A stretch of DNA of 64,000 nt, from assembly GCA_015680685.1 (NCBI GenBank), contig MNCI01001687.1:222255-286254 (forward strand), written 5' to 3'. Both the position numbers and the translations under genes were made by a program. The stretch's first letter is position 1. Each line of letters begins with the position of its first letter. The DNA is from Gnetum montanum. Lineage: Eukaryota > Plantae > Gnetophyta. Positions 46,973-58,834 of the stretch are shown here, one piece after another. The notes beneath the pieces are model-generated. The model ran no database searches and had not been told where the DNA came from. It saw nothing but the letters and a program-made list of their open reading frames with translations.

Positions 46973-49900
46973 ACCTCAGTCACTTCAAGTAGGAATTTAG
47001 GAATGACATCGACTTTCAAAGGCCGTGCCAGGTCCCATTTGAGTCGAGAAGCTGCCATGACACAAAGAGCATAGCAATCGCGTTAGCATAGAAAGATTAT
47101 CAAACTCAAGAAACTCTAGCATAACAACATGAGAACATCTAATACTACTACTTACCCATGTCAAGGTTTGCTTGCTGGAGGTGGTTGATCATGTCATCAA
47201 CATTTTTCTACAAAAACATAAACTTGTTAGGGATCTTGGCCCAGGACTCCACACGAATCAAAGAGGGTCCTGCAGCATCAGTAATAGCGCCTGTTACATA
47301 ACTAAACATATCAGCAATGGCCGAAATGGACTAAGACAAGGCAAACACATTGCCCAACTCACCAGCATCTAATTGCGGTCTCCCTTCTTGCTGATGCAAG
47401 ATGATGGTGGTAACCTTGGTAGAGGTCCTTGCCAAGTCTGTACAAACCTCTTCCTCATGTGCTAGTGCCTTTCTTTTTAGGAGACCAACATATTTTTTAT
47501 TCAAAGGAGGCTCCTCTTCATTAGTAGGAGGATTCTCCCTATTGACAAGAGCTCCCGCCTTAGCAATAGTGGTTCTTCCCTTCTCGATCGAGGCCCTTTC
47601 TTCCAAGATTGAGGTCTCCATGTCTTTATTCGTCACCCCTGTCTTAGACCAACACCTCTTCATCACCTTCTTCTTCCACTTCTTCTTCCTTTGCTAGCAA
47701 AGAAACATATTTGCATTAGTTCAAAATAAGTTAGCTTAAAGAAAGCACTACACTAGGCCACACCACCTAGCATAGCATAGCATAGCAAGCAATAACAAAG
47801 TAAGCATTAGAAAAAAGCGTTTACCAATGGGGGTTGCATCCTCTGTAGTTTAAGTTACAATCTCTGCCCCTCCTCTTCCTCCATATAAAGGGTTTCCTTA
47901 GGTGGGTGAGGCCTCTTTCATTGCAATATTTTGGGCAAAGTCTCAGCTATGAGACATTCCCCCCACGACACACTACTTGCTATAGCATGGGGTGTCTCTC
48001 CTATGCTATCCTGGCCATGAACATTGCGAGCCACCTAATCCTTAGTCATCATAGAGAATGACTCCCCAATTATTTCTAGGGAATCTTAGGCTCAAATGGT
48101 CCTGAGGATCTAGTGAATCCACATTCTAGAAATCTGGTTGCGAATTTGCATGGCCCAGGCCCCATTCTTGTGAACCACTAGGAATTCCATGAACTGCTTT
48201 AGATAGGCTACATAAAAGGCATAGTGTATGTTGGAATGGAACTCTAATTTCTGACAGAGTCCCAAGATTTCAGCCTACAAGCCTTTACATAGAAAGCTAG
48301 CCCAGTTGTAATGGCCCCCTCTTCCATGACCTCACGCATTATCTAGGCTTGATTAATCCATAGGACCTTCCCTTGGGTAAGCAGCTAGGGGAAAGCACAA
48401 GCATGGAAGACAGGGTAGATCTCCTTGGTGGGCCCATCTTTAAGCTTCTCCATGGAGAGCCCTTTTCACTCCTTAGCAATCCCTAGGCACTCCTAAATGT
48501 CCTTCATCTGAAGGATCAGCTCCTTCTTACCATTTGATCCTATGAGGATGCCTTCGGTAGGAACACTGAATAGATCAACGAATAGCTAGTCATTCATTTC
48601 AATGACCACCCACACACCTTGTATTTGCAGAGCAAAGCATCCTATCTTTTTGGAAAAGGAGTTGACCAAGGAAAGCATCTTGGTGGTAGAAACGCTCAGA
48701 TTTGGGGCCAGGAATAGATCCATAAGCCTAGCCTTTTGGATGTTCTAGACCAAGGAGTTTGAAGCTGCACAGTTTATCTAGCGTTGGCTCAATTCTACTT
48801 CGCCATATTTGAAGTATATGTTTGATCCCTGTGTTTCGGCAGTTACCACCATCACCTCCTAGGGCTTCTTTTCCCATGCAACAATTTCACAAAAATGTTT
48901 AGCGTAAAAATGTAGAAAATACAAAGATTGTAAAGGAACTTAAGCATGCGACACTTATTGTTTGGCCTACCAGGTCTGTACAGTAACAGAAATGGTGGGA
49001 GTTCAACTAGAACTTGTTCAACTGTGACCATTTTAAAGGGTTCTATCCACTCCTCATCCATCCAATCCTTCCCCTTGCACTGATCATAGGGAATATGATA
49101 TAGGCCTGGGTAGGTATGGTATTTAGCCCCACATTGACTGATCACACCCACCCATAGGTTCTTAGCAGAATAGAACTCCTGTAGGGCTATCTGTTCTATA
49201 GTCAGTAGACCTGGTAGGTCATGAACCCCATCCTTGTCGATGAGGAACCTGATAAAAAACACATACTGTTAGCATTAGGCCAATATGGCTAGCATCACAC
49301 AAACACAGCAAAACAAGGATACAAAACTCACCTGCTAGCACAGTAGACAGTTCCCTATGGGTTCTGGAAGCACATCGCTATATAACACATGATGAATAAT
49401 GTGTTGTAATGGTGGTAGAAGTTGTAATCAGGCATGTCCTAGATCTAAGAAAAATTCCTTAACCCTACTAGGCACTGGTTGGATCCTTCTCCCTTCCTAC
49501 TCATGATTGTCCCATCAGTTAGAAACCTCAGAATGCCCTGACTTGCCCCAAGAAAAATGGCTTCTATTATGCCAGCCACCTCCTCCTCCTCTAGGGATGA
49601 CCAAATGATCACACTAAAGTGGTCAAGGAGGAATTATAAGAAGTCCTATGCCCCTTTCCTGAACCAAACCCACCATTCTCCCATACGTATCTAGGGAGGA
49701 GGAGCATTGGCCATAGTTTTGCTCACATGACACAAGATCCCTCTAATTTCTAAAACAATTAGGATTGGCCATAGCCCCATCCTACACAACAAAACCAGTA
49801 AGTGTTAGCATCATGTCTAAGTGAAATACACATGCAACATAGCAACACCTAACAGTTCATGTATATAGCATAGCATAACCCTCTTCCCGTGCATAGCGTA

Positions 49901-50520
49901 GTGAGAACATGAAAGCGCTAGCTTAGCAAAAATAGCCTAGCGTAGCAATAGAGCAATTATCCCTAACAAGGTGATTAAGAATACACCCCGATAGAACATG
50001 TGTCACACTATCACATCACGCATGGCCCAACCCTCCTCCAGGTCCTACATCATGTTATTCGAAAGCCAAGTAACTTAAACTACACAAACCCGCTGCGGTT
50101 ATCACAACTACGATGGTGGTAGTTTAAGCCACCTTGCATGCAATAATGGTGTAATGTTTATGTACTTTCCATGGCCAAAATGGCAATAGCAGTGGTGCAA
50201 AATCCAAAACAACGTGATAACAGAAAACACAGGTGGCTAAGAATAGGATGCAAAATGAGAGTAGAGAACAACAGAAGCAAAAAATGATAACAGAATCACG
50301 GAAAAATAGAGGAAGCATAGTAAGATACCAGGTCAATGGTGTGTCCTTCTGCATTGTGATGCGTGCTTGTGTCATGTGCCCTAGGATTTGCTTCACCTCC
50401 TTGACCTTTGCAAGCACCAAATGTGTGTGTCCCTTCTTCGGAGCCATCGTCCTGCTCACAGATTTCTTTTCCTCATCGTTGTGGAGAAAACCACCTTCCA
50501 TGCTATTAGCACAATTGCTC
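46973..50520 (-). pseudogene. 5' and central exons of the E4 antisense gene (FCP1/NIF-like and PMD-like)
   Basis: ~49775-49590 reads ILIVLEIRGILCHV...WVWFRKGA*DFL*FLLDHFSVIIWSS. ~49410-49335 reads YNTLFIMCYIAMCFQNP*GTVYCASR followed by GT. ORF 48852-49262 contains CKGKDWMDEEW. ~48850-48280 reads ARLMDLFLAP...DLFSVPTEG...GHYNWASFL. Confidence 0.85.
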
Positions 50521-51172
50521 TAAAATCACCTTGTGCTCCGAATATGGGCTCCATGCTCTTACGATGAAGAATGACAAGCTTACCAAGGTTTAATCCCTAT
50601 TTATGGCTGTAATGATAAAAAGAAGAAACTTGTGCTCTCTCTCTCCATTTAATGTAGAATGCACCATACGGCGTAGCATGCTCGCCATGACATCATAGCA
50701 CTGTTAGCATTAAAATCTTGACACGCTTCAAGCTAACTACTTGCTTTCCCGAAAAATAAAAAATATATATTTTTGATTATCCTGGTCTGGAAAGACCTTA
50801 AACTAGCAATCGTAGCATAGTTGATCTCTTACTAGTTCGAAAAGACCTTAAAATAGCAAACCCCAGTGCAGTTGCAACTTTCATGGTCCAAAAAGACCTT
50901 AAACTAGCATGTTTTGATCTGTTATACATTCGTAGTCTGTAATTATGCTAAACTAGTAGTATCACATTTTCACATCGATAGTTTTACATTTTCTATTTTA
51001 GCAGCTCTGAATCTCCATGCCATAACAGTCTACCATGACTTTAAACTGGAAAAATTTTAATCTTTATATCATACATCTCGTCATTGCTTCGCATGTTTTT
51101 GTTATACACGATTGCTACCAATAGGTGCCTCTTAACCAGGCTTTTGTCTCATTTTGACAAGTTAAGCGAAAA

Positions 51173-54100
51173 ATGAAAATCCATCGTGATCTCTCCACAC
51201 CTTTAGCCCTAGTAGGTCCACATGGCAAGCTTGCGAGACAGCTAAACCCAGACCTGATTGACTAGGGGTCAATCAAAGCTAGCACAATAGCATCCTTAGA
51301 AAAATCCCCAGACTAGCCCAAGCATCTAGTCTGAACCCTAGATCTAGAGGTTAGGGATGTAATTGAGGACCCTCTCATCAAGACGTTTATGACCATGTCC
51401 AAGGGAGAAGTAAGAACGCTAAAGCTTAGCTCCCTCCTAGATGCACAAACGCACGAAAACATAGCCAAGATTCTGCAAGACAACGTCAAATTCTTCACAT
51501 GGTTGTACAACAACATGTTAGGTTTGGATCCAAGGCTGATAGAGCACAACATCATCCTAGACCTGCATGTGAAGGCAGTCAAGAAGAAGGCTCGTAAAGT
51601 TAAACTAGAAATCGCACTAGCTATAAGGGACAAAATCACCAAACTATACCAAGCTGGTTTCATCTGCGTAGTTGATTATTCAGAATGGATGTCCAACATC
51701 ATCATGGTTTCTAAGAAAATGGGAGGAATATGAATTTTTATAGACTTTAGGGATTTGAACAGGGAAATAATCAAATATGATTTCCCACTTTTGAGCATTG
51801 ATCAACTCATCGACACTACAGTTGGTCATGCTCTGTTATCCTTCATGAATGGCTTTTCCGGCTACAACCAAATTCACATCAATTCGAAGCATCAACTAGC
51901 AACAACCTTCATGATCCCATGGGATACCTTCTATTACAGCATGATGCCTTTTGGGCTTAAGAACGTTGGAGCAACCTACTAGCGAGCCATGAGCTACATC
52001 TTCAACGACTACATCCTAGAAACATTAAATGACTACATGGATGATATAGCAGTCAAGTCCAAGGAGGGAGTTGATCACCCACGTGATCTAGGGGTAGTCC
52101 TTAAATGTTGTTAAATGCATGATCTATGCCTTAATCCTAAGAAGTGTGTCTTCAGTGTGAAAATCGAATGCATGTTAGGGTTCATAGTATCGAAGGTCGA
52201 AATAAAGGTGGACCCTGATAAAGTCAAGGCCATTGTCAACCTGGCACCTCCCACAAACCTTAAGGAGTTACGTGGCTTGCAAGGTAGTGTAAAATTCATC
52301 CAAAGGTTTATAGCAAAGTTGAATAATAGGTTACATCCCATGAAACATCTTCTAAAGAAAAGGGTTAACTTCAAATGGACAACCCAATGTCAACGAGCCT
52401 TCGATGACTTGAAGGAAGAGCTTTTACACCTCCCAACTGTGCATTTGCCATAGAGGGATCAGCCTTTCTTCATCTACCTCATGACCTCCGACAGATCTAT
52501 CGCAACACTGCTATGTCAGAAATGAGATGATGGATCTAAGATACCAGTGTACTACCTGAGTCATGCATTAATAGTGCATGAGCTGAAATATAATGAAGTA
52601 GAGTGGAATTGCCTTGCCTTAGTGTTTGTTCTAAAAATGTGGAGGCACTATCTATTTCATAGTGTAGTCAACATCATTTGCAAAATCAACATACTCTAAG
52701 CTATCACTAACAACCACTATGAAAGCAACAAGATAGCTCGATGAAAAGCAATAACCATGGAGTTTGACCTACACTATGTAAGCCATTCTTTGACCAAGAA
52801 TTAAGCCATAGCAATGCAACTTATGGCCTTGCCCCTTGACAACCATGCAACCATAGATCCTGAATTCCTAGATGAGCATGTTGCACTATCAACATCATTC
52901 CATCACACCTAGAAGCCACTCTACACTTTGATGGCACCTCAACCATGCGAGGAGGTAGCACAAGTGCCATCACTACATTTCCCTCTAGGGAAATGCACCC
53001 GTTTGCTTATCATTTTATGTTCCCCTATAGCAAAAATGTGGTAGAGTATGAGGGGCTACTCAAAGGCCTCTCAGCTACCCAAGCACTACGCATACAACAC
53101 TTGGAAATCCATGGTGATTTGTAACTAGTTGTGAATCAAATCACCAAGGTCTACACCTGTGAAGCTATGCACCTACAACCCTACTGCAACCTAGCAAAAA
53201 GCATGCTTAAGTAATTTGCAACCATAGATGTGCAACATGTTCCATGCAATGACAAAACCATGGCAGATTCCTTAGCCACCCTTGCATTAAAAATTCCACC
53301 TCACTCATTCGCAAGTCTACCAACTACGATCGTCGAATGTACTAAGCTTATCACTCAGGTAGGACACGTGGCCTTTATTAGTGTCGTGGATACCTAGGAG
53401 TGGTATGCTAACATTAAATCCTAATTGCAACACGGTGAACCCCCAAGTGGACTAACATCTGCGCAAAGAGATGCGATCCGAAAGTGCACCCAGCAATATA
53501 CGCTCATGGGGAATGATGCCCTATGCCAACGCTCCTATGATGGGATATTGCTGGCATGCATGGGTGGGGAGCAAGAATAGAAGGTAGTTAATGAAGTGCA
53601 TGAGGGGCTATGTGGTGGACACATTACACCCAGGGCTATGGCTACAGAAATTAGATGCCTAGGGTACTATTGGCCTCACATGGAGCATGATTGCTTATCA
53701 AAAGGTAAGACATTTGACATGTGCCAGAGATACACAAATCTCATACACATCTCACCTACGGACCTACACCCAATGTAAATCACGCCTAAGTCCTTCACAG
53801 GGCATAGCTTCATTATCACCACCACTGAGTATTTTACTAAGTGGATGGAAGCCATTTCCCTAAGGAAAATGATGTCTCAAAAAATCTACAACTTCATCTT
53901 AGACAACATCATGATAATTTTTGGGCTTCCAATGACTATTGTGACTAACAATGGACCACAACTCAGTAGTACAGAAAACCCAAACCTTCTGTAGCAACCT
54001 AGGCATCAGGTAATCATTCTCCTCCCCATACTACTTGTAGGTGAATGGACAGGCAGAGGCTACAAATAAGTCCATTATCAACTTGCTGAAGTGGATGCTT

Positions 54101-54597
54101 GGAAATAGCAAAAGGTGGTGGCATGAGCAAATCCTCTATGTTCTATGGGCCTACAGAAAGACATCAGAACCGCAACAAGTAAGACTCCTTACAACCTTGT
54201 TTATGGACCTGAAGCTATGTTGCCTCTTTAGTTGCAGGTACCATCACTCCAGATGATCCTCTTAGATGTCATAAGAAAACCCCAGAATAATGAGTCACAA
54301 ATCATCAACCTCAACTCAATAGAGGTGGAGCACACATAGACGCTGAGATGCATAGAGCACTATCAGAGCAACCAACAACAAAAGCACCATGCAATCCTGC
54401 ATTGATGGCTAATATAGAAGGGAAACCTCATTCTCAAGGCTATGTATGAGCATGTGAGTAAATTCTCAGCCAATTGGGAAGATCCTTACATGGACACTAA
54501 AGCCTTTGGGAATGGAGCGTTCAAGCTGGTGGACATGGATGGCAACTCGTTTGCCAACTCGATGAATCACTCATACTTCAAGCCATACTACATCTAA
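51173..54597 (+). pseudogene. pol: RT-RH-aRH-INT ORF of E4, degenerate, with its own ATG
   Basis: ATG 51173 is in frame with ORF 51389. Motifs: SFMNGFSGYNQI, MPFGLKNVGATY, DYMDD (~52031), LNPKKCVF, aRH LHFDGTS / NVVEYEGL, integrase HEGLCGGH..YYWPHM..DMCQ, NGQAEATNK and NWEDPY. Ends YFKPYYI*. Confidence 0.92.
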
Positions 54598-54599
54598 AG

Positions 54600-54905
54600 C
54601 ATGGCGACATCGAGAAGCATTTGCAATGACATTAAACTAGTAGCATCAAGCAGCGTCCGCAATGACATTAAATTTGTGGCATTGAGTAGCATCTGCAATG
54701 ATGTTAAACTAGTAGCACCAAGCACCATCCACTACGATGAGAAACTAGCAACAACAACAAGCAGCATTTGCTATGATGTTAAACTGGTGACAACTATCCA
54801 CTACGATGTAAAAATGACATGTACTCTCTACTAGGATATTAAACCAGCATAGTAATTTGCTAGGACTCTAAACTAGCATACACTCCACTAGGACCTTAAA
54901 CTGGG
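54600..54905 (+). repeat. 3' UTR minisatellite of E4 (~30-36-bp units with a GAYRTTAAACTAG core, ~10 copies)
   Basis: Directly visible. It generates the spurious ORF at 54601 (NDIKLVA repeats). Confidence 0.85.
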
Positions 54906-55941
54906 TTCGCATCACGTCCCTAGCATGCATCTATGCCAAGTACACATTGAACGAGCATGCATAGTGTCAATGAAGAGGTGGGATGTTGTAGCTCCAGAAC
55001 ATAGTTCACGATGCACTGGGAACATGATCTGGAACACATGTGACACCGCCATCCTTGGCATCATGCTAATGCTTCGAAGATGTCATATGGCATCACACTA
55101 GCCCTCTGAACCTACTATCACCATGGCCCACCACCCTGACGGTAGTTCCTTGGCCAATGCCCATCGTTGGAGTTCCAGTAATATTGTCATCCTCCAGCCC
55201 CCTACCAACACCTTAGCTCAAATGACGTTTAGCTATGTGGTAGCTGATCCCATAGCTAAACTGAGAATGCATGCCTTTTGCAGGGATTGCAAAGCATCTG
55301 CACTCACAGCAGCTCCCGATGCTTTCGACGGCAGCTCCTCCATGTTGATGCTACCAAGGCCACTACTAGCATTCCTACTTTGGACACCGTGCACCAACAT
55401 GGATATCCAAGAGCTTCAAGAACATATATGGTAAGCAAGACCTCTTTCCTCGCTTCGCATCGTGGCTGTTTCATTCTTTGACATGCTTACAGGGTGTGGC
55501 CAAAAGCATGTCCAAGCCACAACAATAGGTGCTACAACATTACGAAGTGAGTGCCTCAACTAGCTTGACTACTTCAAAGTGCAAATTCCATGACATGTGT
55601 AACATTGCTTGCCACATGAGAAGCATCTGTAGGTAGGTCAAAACCCTTTGCGGATGTAACACAACTCATCCTACGACGGAAAAATCTATCCTACATGAGG
55701 TTGAAGGTCAGAGTAAAGATGAAAACGTGAACAAGTCCCTCATGAGCACTCCAATGAGCGACTTTGCTAAACCTCATCTTTTCCATTTACCTAGAAACCA
55801 ATGCAACACTCTCAAGCATAGCTAGGTGACATCTTGACACTCACCAAGTAGTAACATTACCATCATGCCTTCCATGGTATTTCATTTTCTTTGTCAATGT
55901 CTCTCGAGCCTATCCTCCAGATGTCGACAAAGAGGGGCCAA

Positions 55942-56585
55942 TGAAACACCCCAAACATTGAAGACATCCTTGCTTCACCAAGTCTTTGCAATTCGCGCAG
56001 CATTACGGTAGTTCTTCAAGAGATGGATGCTTTGATTTTAAGACTATCGATTTCAACAAGTTTTCTAAGTTAAGGAGCCTTGCTACGCTACACTACACCG
56101 TGTAGTATAGAAAACTCCAGAAGACATTTGCAGAAGCACAGTGTTATGCTACAGTGTGCTACGTAGCATAGAACAGCATAGCAAAAGGCTAGAAAACCAA
56201 TCCCCTTGCCCAACTTCAAGTCCTTCAGCAATGTCTCCTTCCGTCAAAAAGTGGAAAACTTGGAAAAATAAAGTTATGTTTGCTGCTATGCTACACTAAG
56301 GTACAAGGTGTAGCGAGGCATAGTAATTTTTCAAATGTGACAGAAGGTAACTCGAAGGGTGGGATTAGCAAGTTTGCAAGTTTCATAGTGTAAAAGACAA
56401 AGTTTGCAGGTGGGCAACATTTTTTTGTGACTAAGGCCAATTGCTATGCTACGATACGCTACGTAGCATATCATAGCATAGAAAAATGTGAAAAATAGTT
56501 AGCACACTTCAAAGGTTTCTAATGCATGTAGCAGGATACAATGCAAGTTTCTGGCTTCAAATCAGTGGCTACGCTACGCTATGCT
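55942..56585 (+). repeat. 3' LTR of E4 (3'-truncated)
   Basis: TGAAACACCCC follows PPT AAAGAGGGGCCAA. Its last ~86 bp match the start of the 5' LTR remnant at 27229. Unrelated sequence follows at 56586-56898. Confidence 0.85.
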
Positions 56586-56898
56586 AATCTTGTGCACTAT
56601 TTGCATAACTAGTCTAATGCTAGGGTCCAATATGATGTTGTGCTAGACTAGATGTTGGTATAGGCCTAGAATGTCTTCAAATCACTAGGAAAATGCCTTA
56701 ATGTTGTTCTATAAGACTTTGGTGATATATTGGGCATATTGAGGTTCTAGTGAGAAACTTAGTTTATGGGTTTTCTCCTCACCACTGTGTTATGATAGGA
56801 ACCTCAATTAGAGGGTATTTAGTTATGTCTCCTACTTCTAAGTCAAGGGATTTGACGAGGTTTTTAGGCCATTCTAGAGATTTCTCTATTGAGCCTAT

Positions 56899-58739
56899 TG
56901 AAACACCCTAAAAAATGAGAGGTCATCCTGGCCTCGTTGGGCTCTTGCAATCCGCACGGCAGCATGGAAGTTCATCGAGAGAAGAATGTTCTAAGTCTAG
57001 GATGGCCAGTTTGGCAAATTTTCTACTTTGGGCATGGATGGGTTCTATAACAACCTGCCTGCCCACCAAAGTAGCCTAAACAGCTGGCAGCCTGCTCAGA
57101 AATGGTGTGCAGAATCGGCGGCAGTACCCTGGGTGCACAAAAAATAGTTCAACAAGTTTTCTAAGTCACGAAGCCTGCTACGCTATGTTACAACATGTAG
57201 TGTAGCAAGCCTCAAAAAATAACGGTGAAAAAAAATTCTACACTACACAATGTCAGACAGCGTAGCATAGCAACGACTCCACTACCTGCTCCCCTCGCCC
57301 AGCTTTGAGTTTTGTAGTGATATCTCTTTTCGCTAGGAAGTAGTGGACCATGTCTACTGCTACGCTACACTAAGCTACATCATGTAGCAAGGCGTAGAAA
57401 TCCTACAGAAGGGACAGAAGGCAGTTCAAAAGGTGAAGTCAGCAAAGTTTGCAAAACTTGCATCATAGGAGAATGGGTTGGAATTTAGCAAAACTGTCGC
57501 AAGTAAGGCTAGTCGCTATGCTACGTAGCATAGCCTCGCATCACAAGTACGTGACATATGGTAGGATGCGTGGCAAAATGCTACGCCATGCCAAGCAAGC
57601 CATGTCACAAAGCACAGCGTAGCATGTAGGTGGTCATGTGACATCAATGCACTCCACCCAATGGGACTGTTGGTGCACATCTCTAGGAGTTGATGACACA
57701 GTTGCGACATAGTAGGATCATAGTTATTGCATGGCAAGTCCACATCGCAACGATCTTGTAAGCCCAATGGTCACAAACGATTTGAGTAATGCAAGTGAGG
57801 TAGCATAAGTCTGCAGCATGTAGCATTCAAATGATCCCTTTTTCATACCTTCAGCCCTATAAATATCTTGGCAAACAACATACAAAAGGTTTGAAAAAGT
57901 TTATTGACTAAAGAATTAAAAAAGATACCTATGATTTGGCAAAAAGAAAAGGAAAAGCCAGCAATCTATAAAGTTAAAAATTTCAAAAGGGGGTTTGCAT
58001 CCACTAGGAAGTAAAGGCATTCCCACCCCCCNNNNNCACCCTTTTTTTTAGCCAGTGCTGTAACAATCGTACCCATCTGTTTAACACTGTAAACAGAGAA
58101 CATCTCCCAACTGGTTTAAGGTCCTAGTCTTCATTCTACCACCTTGGTAGGATCCTGCATTGTTTGTACGTGATGTCCGTGCCCAAGCGCATAGCTCTTT
58201 CTACTTCCCAACATGCTTCGGTTACTCTCGGAACTTCTGCACTCCATCACGCTGTGCAGCCGATTGTATCCACCCTAATCGGACGAATTTGTAGCTCTAA
58301 AGCAATGCATGTTTCTAACCGTGTTTTAATTTACCTCTCATTCACTATTTAGTTTTCTTGCATTATTTTCTATCTTATTTACCTTCAATAATCATCTCGC
58401 ATTACTACTGCATTTACATTTCTCATGTTCAACATCACTTCATATTACTGTCGCATCTCTACTTTATTCATTATTTGGCATTACTGTTACAGTTTTACAG
58501 TTTCTTCCTTTTTTCCATTGTATCTACTTGTAAGCATTATCTCACAATTCGTACTATACAATTCATATTGCAAAAGGCTATATTGATGCCGATGTAAGTC
58601 CCTATCTAATCAACTAGATCGTTAAGGGCACCCTATATTCACATACACCTAGCACCACCCTCCGACAGGCATGGGGTTGGAACTGTTGTGTTTGTTGACC
58701 CCGGTGTTCTTCTAGCTATCAATGTTTTTGGTTGCTATA
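56899..58739 (+). repeat. 5' LTR of E6 (~1.84 kb; contains an N gap at 58032-58036)
   Basis: TGAAACACCC...GCTATA (decayed CA end). Shares blocks with both E4 LTR remnants. TATA CCTATAAATA at ~57856. Confidence 0.85.
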
Positions 58740-58745
58740 GTTTTC

Positions 58746-58763
58746 TGGCACTAGAAGGAGGGC
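58746..58763 (+). promoter_or_regulatory. Primer binding site of E6, tRNA-Asn type
   Basis: TGGCACTAGAAGGAGGGC, 6 nt after the LTR end. Confidence 0.9.
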
Positions 58764-58834
58764 CTTTTGGTGCCTTTGTTCTATGTCATGGTAGTTCTGT
58801 GAGCCTTCTACACCCTTATACACATGAGAATAGA

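Larger units (their letters stand above)
27229..56585 (+). mobile_element. E4: near full-length Tat-lineage element with split gag-PR / RT-RH-aRH-INT and an internal antisense gene; hosts E5
   Basis: The 5' LTR remnant (27229-28271) and 3' LTR remnant (55942-56585) overlap in an ~86-bp segment (27229-27315 vs 56499-56585, about 9 mismatches by eye). PBS at 28279, PPT at ~55929-55941. Confidence 0.85.

Noticed and set aside
54601-54834. ORF with NDIKLVA repeats, and CRISPR-like appearance of the array
   Set aside because: It is a 3' UTR minisatellite of a plant retrotransposon. The spacers are mutually similar and there are no cas genes.
56586-56898. Unassigned fragment between the E4 3' LTR and E6
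   Set aside because: It is probably the edge of another repeat interrupted by E6, but termini and TSD cannot be established within the window.
58020-58050. Poly-C / N5 / poly-T tract
   Set aside because: It is an assembly ambiguity in a homopolymer and cannot be interpreted biologically.
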